In this document: positions 23,130 through 37,590 of the stretch, one piece after another
How positions within the stretch are numbered: the first letter of the stretch is position 1
Layout of the letters: each line of letters opens with the position of its first letter
Assembly (NCBI GenBank): GCA_010015805.1
Contig: ML978122.1
Span: 186,001 to 250,000 of the forward strand
DNA: 64,000 nucleotides
Direction: 5' to 3'
Source: Rhizodiscina lignyota
Taxonomy: Eukaryota
Translations under genes and position numbers: made by a program
Notes under the pieces: generated by a model
What the model was told of the DNA's origin: nothing
The model's input: the letters and a program-made list of their open reading frames with translations, nothing else
Database searches by the model: none

Positions 23130-24919
23130 CTATAGCATAACAACCCCAATACCGCTCATGAAGCGCTCATCGACCTGGTTCTTCGGGTTCACTCCGCCGA
23201 CGATTGGCGCAGCTCTGTAGTTGTAAAGGTAGTAGTGCAGCTGTCCATCTCCTGCACCAAACTTCTGCTCTTCCAAAAAGAGGGGGTTATCTAAGAGCGT
23301 CAGCGCGTTGAAGACGTCGAAGTTGTTCTAAGCGTCGAAGTTAGCAAGGCCATTCTTAAAGTAAGGATCCTATAAGGTAGATAACGGACCTGCTTTGCTA
23401 CGATGAGGGCATCCTTGATCAACAGATTCAACCTCGTCTTCAGCGCGTTCTTGTCTGGATCCCACGCGGCCTCTGTCGCATAATAGTACAGATACGCAGC
23501 GTTCACGATCCTGCCTTTAGTGTCCCCAATCACACTGCTAGCCAGGCGGTAGAAACTGAAGAAGTCCGTGATCTTCTTGGTCTTTGGGTCCTCTGCAACA
23601 TATGTCCAGACAACTCTGTCATCATCTTGCAATTTCTCATCATGGAGAAGCCAGTGCTCCACCTCGGCCTTCGTGAAGATCTGTGCCATGTCCATGCGGT
23701 CAAGATATCTCTTCAACAGATTAAGAACGGCGTTGACGTCTTTGCGCTGCATGGGGCGGAGACCGGGCGTTGCAGTTTCGGTGGGGAGTTTGAACTTTGA
23801 CACCTGGCGGAGCTTGGTAGAACCAGGTGGAAGTGGTGAGAAGCCCACGTCGTAAAGCTTCTCCCAATCCAAGCTTCGGTGGAAGTACCGGCAAGTAGCG
23901 ACTGGTGTCGGAAGAACAACGCCAGCGGTGTATATGGCCTGGAAGATCCCATTGAGGTAGCACCGTCGGGTTACCTCTTTGATGAGAACAGGTGCAAGAC
24001 GCTTGGAGCGAAGCTTCTTGTGGATGCAAAGGAAGTTGATCTCGGAGCAATGGAGCACGTTCTTGCGGACACGGAGATCTACGGGTATACCGGAGATGAA
24101 TGCAACTAGTTTGCGCGACTGGGTGGCACGTACTCCGATGTGCCATTCTTTGCGCCAGCCAGGTGCCATCAGAGCCCTTGATAAATGTGAGTATATTCAC
24201 GTGACTCCAACATGCAGAAGCTATAGAGATGTAACATACCAATGCAAGAATGAAGCCGAGTACTGGAATCTGAACATAGCTTCATGATCTTCCACGTAGT
24301 GATTGCTCAGCAGGTCGAACACTTCCTCAAGCTCATGTTGGTCGGTCAAATCCATCAATACCCACTCGAAGCCCTCTACCAGTTCCCCCGGCTCTTTCCT
24401 CACCCTGGATATATCAATCTCCTTGATTGGGCCGTCCTCCAGCTCTTTGTTGCCTTTCTCGTCGAACTTGACCACTGGCTGGGTCTGCCAGAACTTGTAG
24501 CTAGCCATATCCTTCTGGTTTTTTCCCCCCACACTCAGCCCAGTAAGTAAATCTGCCATCGATAGCTTGGACATCATCTCGGAGAGCTGAGAGGGAGGCA
24601 TGTTTGCGACTTCGGCTTTGAGGGAAGGGTTGGCTTCGAGGAGGAGGTTAAGTTGCTCCTCAGTGAGCTTCTTTTCGGATGGAGCTGAGCTTGACGATCC
24701 ACCGGTGAGTGCATCCTTTATCTTCTTCCTCTTGCTCTTCTTCTTCTTCTTTGCAGGTGCTGCTTCACCTTCTGCTGCATCGCCTCCATTTGTAGACGCT
24801 GGTTCTGCCTCATCTGCGGAGCTGTCTGCCTCTGCTTCGACATCGGGTTGAGCTTCTGGAGCTTCATTTGAGGGCTTAGAGCCCGTTTCAGGTTCTGCTA
24901 TCTTCGACTCTTCCGGCAT
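23130..24919 (-). CDS. NMT1: Glycylpeptide N-tetradecanoyltransferase (N-myristoyltransferase)
   Basis: [53 protein letters not shown]-terminal GIGVVML*; 2 introns. Confidence 0.97.
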
Positions 24920-25356
24920 TGTGACGTGCTAAGAGCTCCCATGCTCCGTGGAAGTTGGTCCTGTGCAAGTAAAAGTAGTGTTGAAGGAGCCTTATAAATA
25001 TGGCCGCCTCGTGGGAGCTGGTGGGGTCGGCGTCAAGCTCGGAAGGGGGCCAGTGTCGTACATCACGCGCATGGCGATTATGACGGTACTTACATAGAAA
25101 AACGTCATTGGAAATTATGATATTTACTGTAGAACTGCGTAAAGAGCACGGTTTGAAGCCAAAGATTGAGCTCACAATTAATCCGACTTGTCTTGGATAT
25201 CTGCCAGAAGCCGTGGATCAATCTCGACCTTTGGCACGCTGTGGCGCAGGCCGACTCCACAAAATTTTCTGCAGCCTCACCAGCCACATCTGAAAGTTTG
25301 AATATTGGACCTTGGGTTTAATAAAGTTTCCTGCTTGACAGCCAAAACATACGCAA

Positions 25357-28300
25357 ATGGCGAAACGACACGTTGCTGCTGATGATACAGCTAGCCATAA
25401 TCGAGATCATAAGCGCCAGAAGTTTGTCTCCTCTGGGAAGAGTCCAGCAGGCCCGGAAACTGTAACATCGGCGCGGCATCTTCAATTCTTGTTGAGTTTC
25501 CAGCAAGATGCGCCGCAGCAATTGACAGTCGGTAAGCTTATATAGCCTGTTTGACCAGTCTCACTTGCTAAACCTTCTTTCCTAGGTATCCAGAGCTTCC
25601 GGAATTTCCTCAATTCCATCCTCTACCCTCCCGAGTCAGACGATGATATCGGCGCGAGAAAAGCGATCCTTGTGGAATTCCTACAATCACAGAAACCCCG
25701 AAATGCAGACGACGAGCATATATTCCTTGAGAGCCTGATACAAACATGGAGCTATGCTTCACAAACGAATAACAGTGGCCTTGTGGGCGCTGCAACTGCT
25801 GTGCTAGCTCTGCTACTGAAGCTCTTGTCTAGCCAACTGGATCTGCACGAACATGGCGTGAACCTATGTCGCACCATACTTCAGATACCCCAGCTTAAGC
25901 TTCTGTCACGCAGTTTGACTGCCCCGAAACATAATGAATTCGTCATCTCTCCGGCCCTGAGACTTCTTACCGAAGTTGTGTCGTTCGACGGTGGGATATT
26001 TGCAAAGAGGCTGTACTCACATCGCGAGTTCGCCTTTGACCCGCAAGTAATTGCTCGCAACATTAGTAACAAAGGCGCATCAGAGGACCGCGATCCGGCG
26101 AAACCATCACTAAGATCAAATACCATCAAGTATCTCCTCGCCAACTTCAAATATCAGAATGAAGGCGCGAAGGCCGATATTATCAAGAATGGCAACATTA
26201 GCAGGTCTCTCTTTGCCCACCTTGTTGAAGATGCGCCTGAACTCGTCAAGAACATACTCCAAGTGCTCAAGACTAACGTAATCCTCGATGAGGACGTCCC
26301 GCGCTCGAGCAAATCGTATCTCTTCGACGATCGTAACCTTGCCAGTATTGCAGGGGTGCTTAGAAAGCGACACGCCGAAGACCAATCTGACGATTCAGGC
26401 AAGTCTGTTCAACAGGTTACTTACGAGTTCCTTATTTTGGTTTGCACGACACCAAACTTGGGTGTGCTTCGCAACAGCCAAGGGTGGTATCCGCCTAGCA
26501 CTGTCCAGTCACATCAATCGGAGGATGAGACAAATGGTGCTTCCGTCGACCTTGGCTTGGACGGTATCGATTGGTATAGCAATTTCATCGGCCGTGTGCC
26601 TGTTCGAAATACGGCATTGGCTTCCTTCCTGCAAGTACTACGGCCATACTCCAACGAGCTCGAACAGCAACTTCTCCTTGAGATCTTCAAAGCCTCCCCA
26701 GAACTAGTCGCGGACTACTTCTTCAAGAAGGCGACTTTCTCCTTCGATCCAAAGCTTACCGCGACCTGGATTGGTTACTCGTCATTCCTGTTCTCGACAG
26801 TTCAGCTCCCAATTCCTCTCCATTTTGGACTACCCGATGGCTTCGCAGCAGCTCCGCCTCCGGCATCAATTGTCGTCGAGAGTATCCTGCCGCAACCCCT
26901 CACTCAGAAGGTCCTCACAAGATGCCTAAATCAAACGTCCGAATTGATATCTTTCTTTGCAACACGGATTTTAGTAGTAGCGCTCCAGAAATTAAAGCGT
27001 GTGCTCAAAATGTTTGATAAAGCAGCTTCAGCAAAAGGGGCCCTCTGGGCTGAAGCAACAAAGAGACTTCAGTCAGAAGTTGCCCAGAGATGTGTACCAA
27101 TGAAAGACTTGATGATGCTCTTTCGAAAGACATCACCGGAGAAAATCATGCAATATGAGGCTACCACGAGATTACTTTCCCTGTATTATGATGTCCTGCC
27201 TCTGGTTGCACTAGAAGAGAAGCTCGATGCCTCAATTTCCCTCACCAGCGCCTTGGAGGACATTGAAAAACAGACGGAGGAAGGCGAGCTTGTTCAGATG
27301 CGCATGATAACTCTAGGACACTTATTGCATATCGCTCGGCATACGCAGGGTATGCAGTGGTGGAAGAAGCCTGATACCCTGCAGTACTCACCTTTCACAA
27401 CTTTGTTGAAGTTGGCTTCCAATTCGAAAACGTACTCCTCGGAAGTAGCCGCTATCCTGGAGTCGATCGTTGACGAGACCGCGATATTGCAGACAAAGTC
27501 GAATCCGTCAGCTCTGATGGCACTTCTCGCGAGTCTGAGGCCGAGGGACGATGTTGAAACCTCCGCAGAGGTCATTGGATTCTTGGACTCCTGTCTGACG
27601 AGATTTATGAAGAGGCCGATCAAATATGAAGATGACTTGGACGCTCTAATAGCGGACGAGATCCCAGGGAAGAAGAGAAAGTCCGACCCGATTATCCTTA
27701 GTGTCTCTCTGCTAGCAATTGTGGAACAAATCTCCTTCGTTGAAAAGGCTAAGCCTAAAGCCATTAACGATGTAGTGGAATGGCTGGCTAAGTTTCTAAA
27801 CTTTCTGACGCAGTGCGGCGAGAACACAACCGCGTTAAAGGCAGTTCGTGATCGAATCGTAGAGTCTGCGTTGTCATCAAAGAGCGCGATTCGAACATTG
27901 AATGATGCTTTCAAAAGAGAAGAACAACTGGGAGACTTTCTGGTTGGTCTCAAGCACGATGTTGCTGTTCCGGAAATAGACAAGATGGAGGTGGAGCATG
28001 CTGCCCTGGATTTTTCCCAGTATTGGAAAGAAACACGAGTACCTCAAGAGGATGAGAAGCACAATGGCCTCAACCGATGGACGCAGAAAGACGTCGAAGA
28101 AGCCATCGAAGATGGTCACATTGAAGCACTACTCTTATGCCTCAGTTCCCGTGACGAAAGCATCAGCCGCCAAGCTCTCACGAACGTGCGAAAGTTCATA
28201 GTGAAATTGGACGCATCAACTTACGAAGAGCGGGAGCAACTCTCTCTCCTTCTCAACGAATTCGTCGAAACAATCTCGCAGCGTTCAGAAAGTATGCCTG

Positions 28301-28857
28301 TACCCTATCTTGCGACGACATTCACAAGCGCCACTCTCCGCGTCTTGACTGACCCAACGCACTGCATGTATGCGAAGATCAACAAATTCCTCAACCGTGG
28401 GCCTGCGTGGACGATTTCGAAACTTCCATCGTACTGGGCCCAGCACATCCTGCTCGAGCCGCCGGAGCTGGATGACGCGCACTATCAGGAAGTGTCTTGG
28501 ATGCTCGACTGGCTTTTCGATGGACTCCGGACTCCAGAGGACATGAACAGGCTGAGGATATGCGGCACGTTTGAGCGGATTCTGTCTCTTTATTCCGCTG
28601 CTTGCGTGACGAAGTCTGTGAAGGAGAGTATCCTGAAGATTGTGAGTAGAGCGACGAGTGTAGAGGGCGGGAGCACGACCTTGGTGACGAGGACGGGCAT
28701 TTTGAGTTGGCTTGATGGTATGGTCGCTGTTCAGAATGGGGATGAGAGCTTGCTGAAGGCGCTAAAGCAGAGGATCTGGGACACGTGTGATCAGGGGAAG
28801 GTCATGGAATGGAGTGGTGGGGAGGTGCGCAAGTTGGTGCAAAAGGATATAGTGTAG
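25357..28857 (+). CDS. URB1: Nucleolar pre-ribosomal-associated protein 1 (Urb1/Npa1)
   Basis: Large helical protein with LRLLTEVVSFDGG, PELVADYF, FDPKLTATWIGYS, ESILPQPL, HCMYAKINKFL and TLVTRTGILSWL; intron 25532-25585; RRPE-like AAAATTTT at 25261 upstream. Confidence 0.88.
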
Positions 28858-29416
28858 TAGATATGGTGGAGAGAATGCAGATGACCCCTGAGGATTCGCG
28901 GTTCACTTACATGGTGCAATCTATGCTATAGATGTCTGCTTATCCGTGCACGGTCGATGAAAACATCCCTCGAATAACTGAGAGAAAGAAACTTTGTGTG
29001 TGTTAAAGATTTTCGATGCGAGTTTCATTGCTGTTGGAGAGCATTCATGTTCTTACTGATCATCCTTCAGCAAGTGTTGTACAACGGCGGGAGCAGGACT
29101 CCTGGAGCGATCCATGTCTTCAACATACGTCGCTAGGTCACGGCAAAGCATCCAAAGTACGATATAAGGTAAACTTGTCAATCAATGTGGTTTGCCTTTG
29201 AGGGCGGCTCTTTACAAGAATGCAGTCTTTGAATTTTGCAGCTAAGTCCTCCAGGTGTAGCTTGCATTACAATCGATGCGCCAGTATGCGCCCTCACACC
29301 AAGTCTCATGCCGGTTCTATCGTACCTTGCCTTCTGAAAACATTTATGTCAGCATCTATGAAGTTCATCACTATACTCCCCACAAAGAAATGCTTGAGTC
29401 TTTATGAGCTTAGTCT

Positions 29417-30310
29417 TTACTGCTCCCACTGTGTTCCATCTAGACGCTGCAAGAGGTAGTCAACTTCCACCTCCTTCGTCAAAGGGATGACGAAGTCCTG
29501 GGTAAATTAGCATGTCTTTTCAAGCACTTCTCACCAATTACATACCTTATACATCGCCACCACCGCATCTGCATCCACCTTCCCACCATCCCCACTCGCT
29601 CCATCCGGATCCGTGCCATACGTCTTAGCCTTCAACTTCAGCCTCTCAAGCACCTTCTTCTCGACCTGACTGTTCGTGATCGCATCTCCAATGGCCTCCG
29701 TATCCTTCTTCCGTATCAACTCAACAAACCGCTCCGTCTCCGTGCGGAACTTCACTTCAGCGACAAACTTGCCAAAGTGTATCCTCCTGCTCAGCGCTTG
29801 CAGCAGATACACGTCACACGTTGCGCTGCTACCAAACGTCTCCTGCGCCTCTTTGCGCGCGCTCGTGCATGCGGCCGGCAGGATCTTGTGGATGTAGTAC
29901 TGCTTCAGCTTCGCGTTGACGTTGACGTCGTTGGGGTGCAGGGTCTTGACGTAGTTGAGCGGCGGGAGGATCGGAGTTTCGAGCACTTCAGGGAAGAATG
30001 GGTACTCATCGGGAGACTGGTAGCGGCGCACGCGGGAGTGCACGCGCTCTTGCTCGCTGAGCATCCAGTCGAAGAGTGATAGCTTGGAGTCGGGTATGGG
30101 GAGGGCGGAGGCGTCATAAATGGGGGTGTTGAGAGGGAATTGGACGCGCTCGATGAGATGGAAGGTTATGGTATCTTCCAGGCGGCTGTGAGGCCTGTTA
30201 GTTGTTCTCGTATATGATCATGATGGTCAAAGAGCGTACATAAGTTGGAAGCGGATGTTGGACAGGTCCAACGCCTTGCCGGGGTCGAGAAGGTCAATTG
30301 CGTGATCCAT
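29417..30310 (-). CDS. ARO7: Chorismate mutase (AroQ-gamma eukaryotic type), 3 exons
   Basis: ALDLSNIRFQL, RLEDTITFHLIERVQFP, RVRRYQSPDEYPFFP, LQALSRRIHFGKFVAE, VIPLTKEVEVDYLLQRL. Confidence 0.97.
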
Positions 30311-30844
30311 GGTTGTACAGTGATATCTGAATGCAAATTCGCCTTTCCCAGAGTCTTCCGGCGTGCGGTGAGGATGATATGAAGAAAGTACGAGAGTGAG
30401 GTCAGGCTTATAGTTGCGAGTTGACCGGGACCGAAAGAAGCCGCAGGGCACGCGACGGGCGTTGAAGGTGAGATATGCTTGACGATGAGATTGAACAAGG
30501 CACAGAAAATTCGGAATGGAGCAGCAATCGTATAGTTACCTGCGCAGGAATTTGTTTCTAGTTATGGGAATATTTGAATTCGAGGTGAGAAAGCGGCGTC
30601 GGAAGGCGCTCGGCGGGGCATCATTGAGCACAAGCTCCAAGCCACCATCGCCAATCACGTCCGGCCTCGCTATGGGGAAGCTGTGAATGTGCTACACCAA
30701 AGATCCAGCTTCGAGAAATCGTACTTTCTGTTTCCTGCAGCAGCGCAACACCTTCGGTTCTCCTGTAATTGGAAATGAACTCTCAAACATCATAGCACGC
30801 GACCAGTAGAGCGGCTGCGCAAATTCTTGCGTCGCCATTGACGT

Positions 30845-33040
30845 ATGGCGAGTTCTCGAAGCCGCAATGGCAGTCCCTCGAAAAGACAGAGCATCATGTC
30901 CAACGACGATCAGGATGTAATACCAGTGTGTTGGACCTTCTCTAACCTGCTACTGTAAAAAGCAGCACCACACAGCCATCTAACACGTTTGCTTAGACGC
31001 GTCAAATCGAAGCTTTCTCCCGTAAGGTCACCGCGACCGCGAACCACCTCATAGGACCCCTAGGAGACGCAGGCGTGAGCCAGCATTACCAGAATGCCCT
31101 GAGCGACATACACCGCGAGCTACGGCGGCCGAACCTGCAGCGCTCCATACTCAGCTTCACGCAGACCTCCCCCCGTGACCTCATCCGCTCCAACATATCC
31201 ATACCAGAAATACAGCACCGTGCGTTGAGCTATGTACCTGACGAGCTACTTGCCAACATTCCGGAGAACAGTAGCACGTACAGCCTGTTTCAGGGGTTTC
31301 AGGCGACGCAGCCAGAGGACGAGAAGAGACATCACCACCACAAGCATTCGAGGCGTCATTCAAGGGGGAGAAAGCTGTTGACGGAAGCAGACGAGGAGCA
31401 GAAAGGACCACCCGAACTTACACATCTGAAGAATGAGAAGAGGAGTCTAAATCACAGATTGGAGATGCTGGGGATTCGGAAGAATATGTGCAGCACGGAG
31501 ATTCGAGAGATTGACACGAAGATCGCCAATCTTAATACCATGCGTAAAATTGTGCTGGATCGACTTGCGGGGCTGGAACAGGAAGAGATGGATCTAGAGC
31601 AGGACATACTTGGCGTGGACAATAAACTCGAGGATCTAGAAGAAGAGCTGGAGGACGCTGCAGCGCTGGCGCAGAAGATGCCGACAACGCCAACAAAGAG
31701 CGCCGTAGAGGAAGAGGAGGGGACGGACGAATTCATGTCGGAGTCAATATACCAGAAACTACCGTCATCTGCAACCTCATCACCAAAGTCAAGACGAAAA
31801 CGACCCGTTCGAAGAATATCAATGCCCATCCTCCACGAACATCTCGAAGCGGGCTCGAAAATAAAAGAACTCCAAGCCCACAACGACACCATCACAGCAC
31901 TCGACTTCGACGCTCCCTTTGGAACAATGGTCACCTCCGCCCTCGACGACACCGTTCGAGTGTGGGATTTAAACGCAGGCCGCTGCATGGGCTTGCTCGA
32001 AGGCCACCTCTCCTCCGTTCGCTGCCTACAGGTCGAGGACAACATCGTCGCAACCGGCTCCATGGACGCCTCCATCCGCCTCTGGGATCTCAGCCGTGCG
32101 GAATACAATCCCCAAGACCAGCCCGCAGCCCACAGCAACAAAGACGGCACAACCAACGACGACGACGATGGCCTCGCCTTCGAAGGCAATCCCGAAGATG
32201 CGCCTCCTCCACCTCCACCGAGCAGCATGCAAGACTGCCCGCTCTTCACCTTGGAAGCGCACGTCGCCGAAGTCACAGCGCTACATTTCCGCGGCGACAC
32301 CCTCGTCTCCGGATCGGCGGACAAAACGCTGCGCCAATGGGATCTTCAAAAGGGCCGCTGCGTGCAGACGCTCGACGTCCTCTGGGCTGCGGCACAGGCA
32401 AGTACGCTTGCGCCATCCACGGTTTCTACTTCCGATAGCGCGGCTGCTACTGCTGGGAGTGGGTGGGCGAAGACCGGGCGCTACATGGACGCGGAGGCAG
32501 ACTTTGTCGGCGCGCTACAGGTCTTTGACGCGGCGCTCGCATGTGGCACTGCGGATGGGATGGTTAGGCTATGGGATTTGAGGAGTGGGCAGGTGCACCG
32601 CAGCTTGGTTGGACATACCGGGCCGGTGACGAGTCTGCAGTTCGACGATGTATTTCTAGTTACTGGAAGTGCGGATCGGAGTGTTAGGGTGAGATGCTTT
32701 CACTATTCCCATTTCTACGTTTGAATGATGCTAACATTGAAAACAGATATGGGACCTCCGCACAGGCTCCATCTTCGACGCCTACGCTTACGCTCTCCCT
32801 ATCACATCCATGATGTTCGACGCACGCCGTATCGTCTGCGCTGCCGGCGAAGACGTCGTCAAAGTATACGACAAGACTGACGGCCGGCACTGGGACTGCG
32901 GTGCCGGCACGGTGGTCCACCCGGGCGAGGAGGTCGGGTTTGAGGGCGTGAAGGCGAGCGTCGTGGAGAGAGTGAGGATTAAAGAGGGCTACTTGGTCGA
33001 AGGGAGGAAAGATGGCATGGTCGGTGTGTGGAGCTGTTGA
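30845..33040 (+). CDS. MDV1: Mitochondrial division protein Mdv1/Caf4 (N-terminal extension, coiled coil, WD40)
   Basis: YSLFQGF Fis1-binding segment, coiled coil, WD repeats ([49 protein letters not shown]), ends GVWSC*. Introns about 30917-30996 and 32689-32746; start tentative. Confidence 0.92.
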
Positions 33041-34142
33041 GGCTTGCAAGGGATATAGAGGCGTAGCTAGGAATTGTAACATATGTTCGCGTTACCTGAG
33101 AGTTGCATAGGTTCAGTGTGAATACCAAAATTCCTTTTTTGTTTTATTTTGATATGAAGGGGCTTTCTTTTCTTTCGCCGTATGCATGCAGGATCCGATG
33201 TACGCGGGTCGAGGGTGACAGAACAACTAAACTCTAACTCTGGTGGACGTCGAACCGGCTCAGCATATACAGGTTTTGCACTTCAACTTGGGGCGAGAGC
33301 ATTGGAGAAAGTTTAGTACGACATATCAGCCAGTATTTATGAAGACAACACGACTCAGAGCAAAGTCTGACCGCACTACACTGACAATGCGTTTGAAATT
33401 TAAAAGAGTTCAACTTCTCGTTGCCTTTGGTAACGTTGGAACGGACTTCGTTGCAGGTGCTGTTGTCAACGGGATGCAAAATTCACGCATTGAACAGTGG
33501 TGCATGGAGACATCTTTTCATTTGAATTCCTTTCGTAATGCATATTGGACGAATTCAGAGGGTTGGGGAGTCCCTTCGCAATGCTCTGGTGTCCGCTCCA
33601 TCAGAGACACTTCCAGTTGAAAAGGAGAGATCCCTTCCTGGAAGTATTCCCGATGTCCGCAAACTCGTATCATATCTTGCCTCCGCACCCATCGAAATAC
33701 CCTCGTTTAGAATCAACCCTCTTTCAAAATCAGCTACTTGCTGAACTTCGCCATTTTAATCCAGAATGTCTCGATCATCGCGCTCAGCTTCCATTGAACC
33801 ATTCCCTGATGCAGACTCTCGCAACCTAAAGCTAAGTTAGCGGGGAACAAACCTGTGATGTATCGTCTATCGGAAGGATTGGAGCAAGGAAATAGTAAGA
33901 AGGAACGCTGTATATGAGATGTTTGCAGCTCGGAAGAGCAACATACCCAGAATGGTGACACATAAGGCATGGCCGAAGGTGTGTATCGCAGTCCCAGTTC
34001 ATTTGATCGTTCGATTACCTGTATCGAACACACTGACCCTCATCTGCTGCGGTTGAAAGAAATGGCGAATGCAACCGCAGCTCAGACATGATGAGAACGA
34101 TCAGGAAAAGTGATTGGTTGATACGAGAAATGAAAGAGAGGT

Positions 34143-36667
34143 TCAGCGATAGACGTAATGTGGCTCTTGCCGAACAAGATGATCAGAGTGTCGAATAGGC
34201 TCGACAATCTCTTCACGTCGATATGGGATTCCCAATGCGGGTAGGTCAGAACGAGAAGCGAGTGCAGTGACCGTCTTGTAGGAAGACAGTGCAGGCTCGA
34301 GGCCCGGATCACGAGGATCGTAAGCCTCAATGTGGGCTTGCTTCTCGCGAGCCTGCGAAGCATAGTAACGATCAAGATCATGGGGTCGGCCATGAGCGAG
34401 AGAACGAGGGTCTGGACGACGCTCGAACTCCGGAACACGATCAGTCACGTTGTACATGACACGCTTGTCCGTGGCAGATCGCTCAATGGCACGGTCAAAC
34501 CCGACCGGCACATCAAGTGGCTGATGATGCCGTCTTGTCGGCGACTCAGCCAGTGGCTCAAGGCCGAGGAACACCGGTTGTTTGCCACGCTGGGTAGGGT
34601 AATAGGCTGTCTCTGCAACGTCCTGAAAGTGGGACTGGCGAATCTGGCCTCTGTGTGCAGGTGGGCTCCCCGATAAGTCGATCACTTCAACACCTCGTGT
34701 AATGCGGGCATTGGGTGCCTCTGCGAAGGCAGCAATATGCCGTTTACGGGATCGCTCTCCTTCCCGGTATTGTGGATAATCCTGTTCGGGCCATGATTTC
34801 CTCTTCGTCACCATAGGTCGGACTTGATTTGTCCTAGGGATACGATCATCTCTATCGCGTGGTGGCTCAGGCATGTCAGCATCCGAGGATATCACAATAG
34901 TTTGACCATTCTGATCCCTGGCAAGGCGCATCCTTGGGACAGGCAGTTCGTCGCCTTGATGTCGTCGGCCAGATGTTTGATGCTCCACAGATGGCAAGGC
35001 AATATCTGGGGAAGCCCGTACAATCATTTCAGGACGTTCCGGGTCATAAGCCTGTGGGTTAAGTCCTCCCGTCTGCCGTGGATAACGGATATGGTCATAA
35101 ACTGGTTGAACTAGATGGACCTGTGGACGATTGGAATGACGGTAACGGTCCTCTTCACGTAAGTAGTAATCACGAACGTAAGGCTCCGCGGCGCGGGGCT
35201 CAGCATAAAAGGGCCTGGTTTCCGTGTAGATGTTGCCCTGCCTGGCGGTGTGTTGCTTCTGTTCAATGGTAAGCCTATATTCCAACTTGACATCCACTAC
35301 CGCAGCGAATGAAGTGGCAGTCAAACATTAGAACTCGCCTGAGTAAATAGAGGCTCTCCGTAGATCACTCTATGATGATCGAGATCGTCGCCCCTGTATC
35401 GTGTCAATTTGTCCATCTCAGATTGTCCAGGGAGGACAGACGCGTTGTCGATAACGTAACCCCCCCGCAACATTGGCTCTTCCAGTTTGCGGCGAGTTGG
35501 AACAAGCTGGGCTCGCTCATCATAAGAATCCTTGGTTTGCGGAAGATGCCGAATACGTTGGCGCCGAGATGGATAAAGATAGACACGATGGGATGCCGAA
35601 CCCGCAGAGCCATGCTCAGCAAGCTGATCATCCCCTTGCGCAGCATGAGAAACGAATTCAATGCTTGTATGAGATTCGTTGTCGGCCTGGATGGACCCTT
35701 CGTTTTCATCATCGCTCTCATCATCCGAGTCAATGACGATGAATTCGCGAAAGACTTCCTCCATTTCCCCGTGTTTAGAGTCTTCTCCTCGCCAAGCTTT
35801 TAGTTGCTTCAGCGTATGAGGCTCGACAATTGCTCTCGCCTCTTTATAGCCCACGCTCTTGAGGAGATTGTCATAATCGGTATACTTATGTCTAACAAAT
35901 GCGCATACGGCGAGCTGCACCTGGCGAGTGAGAGGCATGTTTGCGGTACCGACTCGGTTTGAGCCCTGGATGAAGGTGTTAGAATAAAGTGCGATGGAGG
36001 TTGTGATGAGTAGATACCTCTTTCCACGCATGCGTTACAATGTTTTCTAAATCCGCCTCGGGAATCCTAGGGAAAAGCTCCTGGATGGCTGTGCGAATTT
36101 GCGCTTTCTCCCCCTTGGCGCTGTGCCGCTTGAGACTCCGATCCAGTGCAAGATCGTATTTCGAAAACTTCCCTCCACCAAGCGCATGGTAGCCCAGCCA
36201 AACGCAGGACTCTCTGACTACATCGACGGGAAAGTGATTTCCAATGCGGTGTATATGGTAAGAGACTTTGCCGGGGTCCAAATGCGCTTTATTCACTGGT
36301 TCCGTCTGCAGAATGTTTAGCATTCAGTTTGCGTACGTCGGTGGAGTAACGTACGCTGACAGTCTGAAACTGTAGATTTTTCTCTTGGCACTTCTTTTTG
36401 CAGCGCTCGGTGAGGTCAGGAAAACCGACTGGGACAAACTCGTAACCGGCTGGAGGAACTTTGTCGTAAGAGGCCTTTCTGATGGTTAGAATGCTTTCGC
36501 CTAGGAAAAGAGTAGAGGGGAGTACGAACAATATAGCGCAGTGTTTTCTTCTCTTGCGTGACGGTTTCGAACACGATCTTCAGTGGCTTTTTTTTGCGGT
36601 GGTTAGTACGAGCGCTCATGGAGCGCTTGTGGCGCGCCACTCGGGCGCTGCTGTGAACTCGGGTCAT
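34143..36667 (-). CDS. DUF2293 domain protein with low-complexity C-terminus (multi-exon)
   Basis: PPAGYEFVPVGFPDLTERCK and AIQELFPRIP..IVTHAW..GSNRVG..VQLAVCAFVRHKYTDYDNLL match DUF2293; ATG 36667 (MTRVHSS). 3' exon structure less certain. Confidence 0.8.
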
Positions 36668-37117
36668 TTGAGAACGCAGCAAGTAGCATCTCAGACAGCA
36701 AGACAAGAAGAGACCGAGAAGTAAGCCCCTCAGCGACACTGCAAGCCCTGAGCGCAAAGGTGAGTCCAAGGAAGACGACAACCAGAGGTGCACACAAGCA
36801 GGACGCGGTACGATAACCTGGGTCTTACCAAGCTTCCACTGGAAGCTGCTTGTCGTAGAATCTACAGAATAAGCACAACCAGTTCGCAGATCAGACAGCG
36901 CACATAGATGGCGCTGTTCTGCGACACGGCGTTTTTGGCGATTTGCTTGGAGAAGGAATTGGAGGTGCGAAAGAGAAAAGAAGAGGTCGGGTGCAGTGTT
37001 TCGGTCTAGAAGGTCTTGGCTGCCGGCTATACTTCGGCGTCGATCTCAGAAACTCGGGCAAGATGTCGAGAGACCGCAAGAGGAATTCGGATTGCTCTCT
37101 CCCACCATTTGTTGGAC

Positions 37118-37572
37118 ATGTGTGCTGCATCCAGCAAGGACATTCTTACAGCCTACCGGAACTTATATCGCCAAGGTCTGCGAGCCGTGCAATACTCGCT
37201 ACCGGCGCGAATCACGCTCAGGGACCGTATCAGACGCGCTTTTCGAAGAGGAGACCCGGCGGACTTCGATCAGAACAGAGTGAACAACACTCTGGTGTTT
37301 CTGTCAGCTGCCACAGTAGTAGCAGGGGTTGAGCATCATGTCCTGCGGAACCTTTTACTTACGTGGTTCTACGAGCCGGAGTACTTGAAAGGATTTCAAA
37401 GGTACTACGCAGCCAGTCCGGAACGCAGTTGGGGAACGACATAGCTAATTTATTGCACCTTTCCAGGGATCCTCAGTCTATAAACTACAGAACCAACACC
37501 TACGACTCATTCAACCACACAATCAGGATGCTGAATGAGAGTATGGAGCTATGTCTCCCCACAGGCGATTAA
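37118..37572 (+). CDS. Small LYR-motif-like (DUF1763-type) probable mitochondrial protein, 2 exons
   Basis: ILTAYRNLYRQGLRAVQYS.PAR..LRDRIRRAFR, EHHVLRNLL, C-terminal TIRMLNESMELCL; intron about 37402-37467. Confidence 0.75.
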
Positions 37573-37590
37573 GCAGGCAAACGCGGCCGA

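Noticed and set aside
29417..30310. Chorismate mutase as part of a secondary-metabolite cluster with the terminal enzymes
   Set aside because: Canonical housekeeping ARO7, 25 kb away and embedded among conserved genes.
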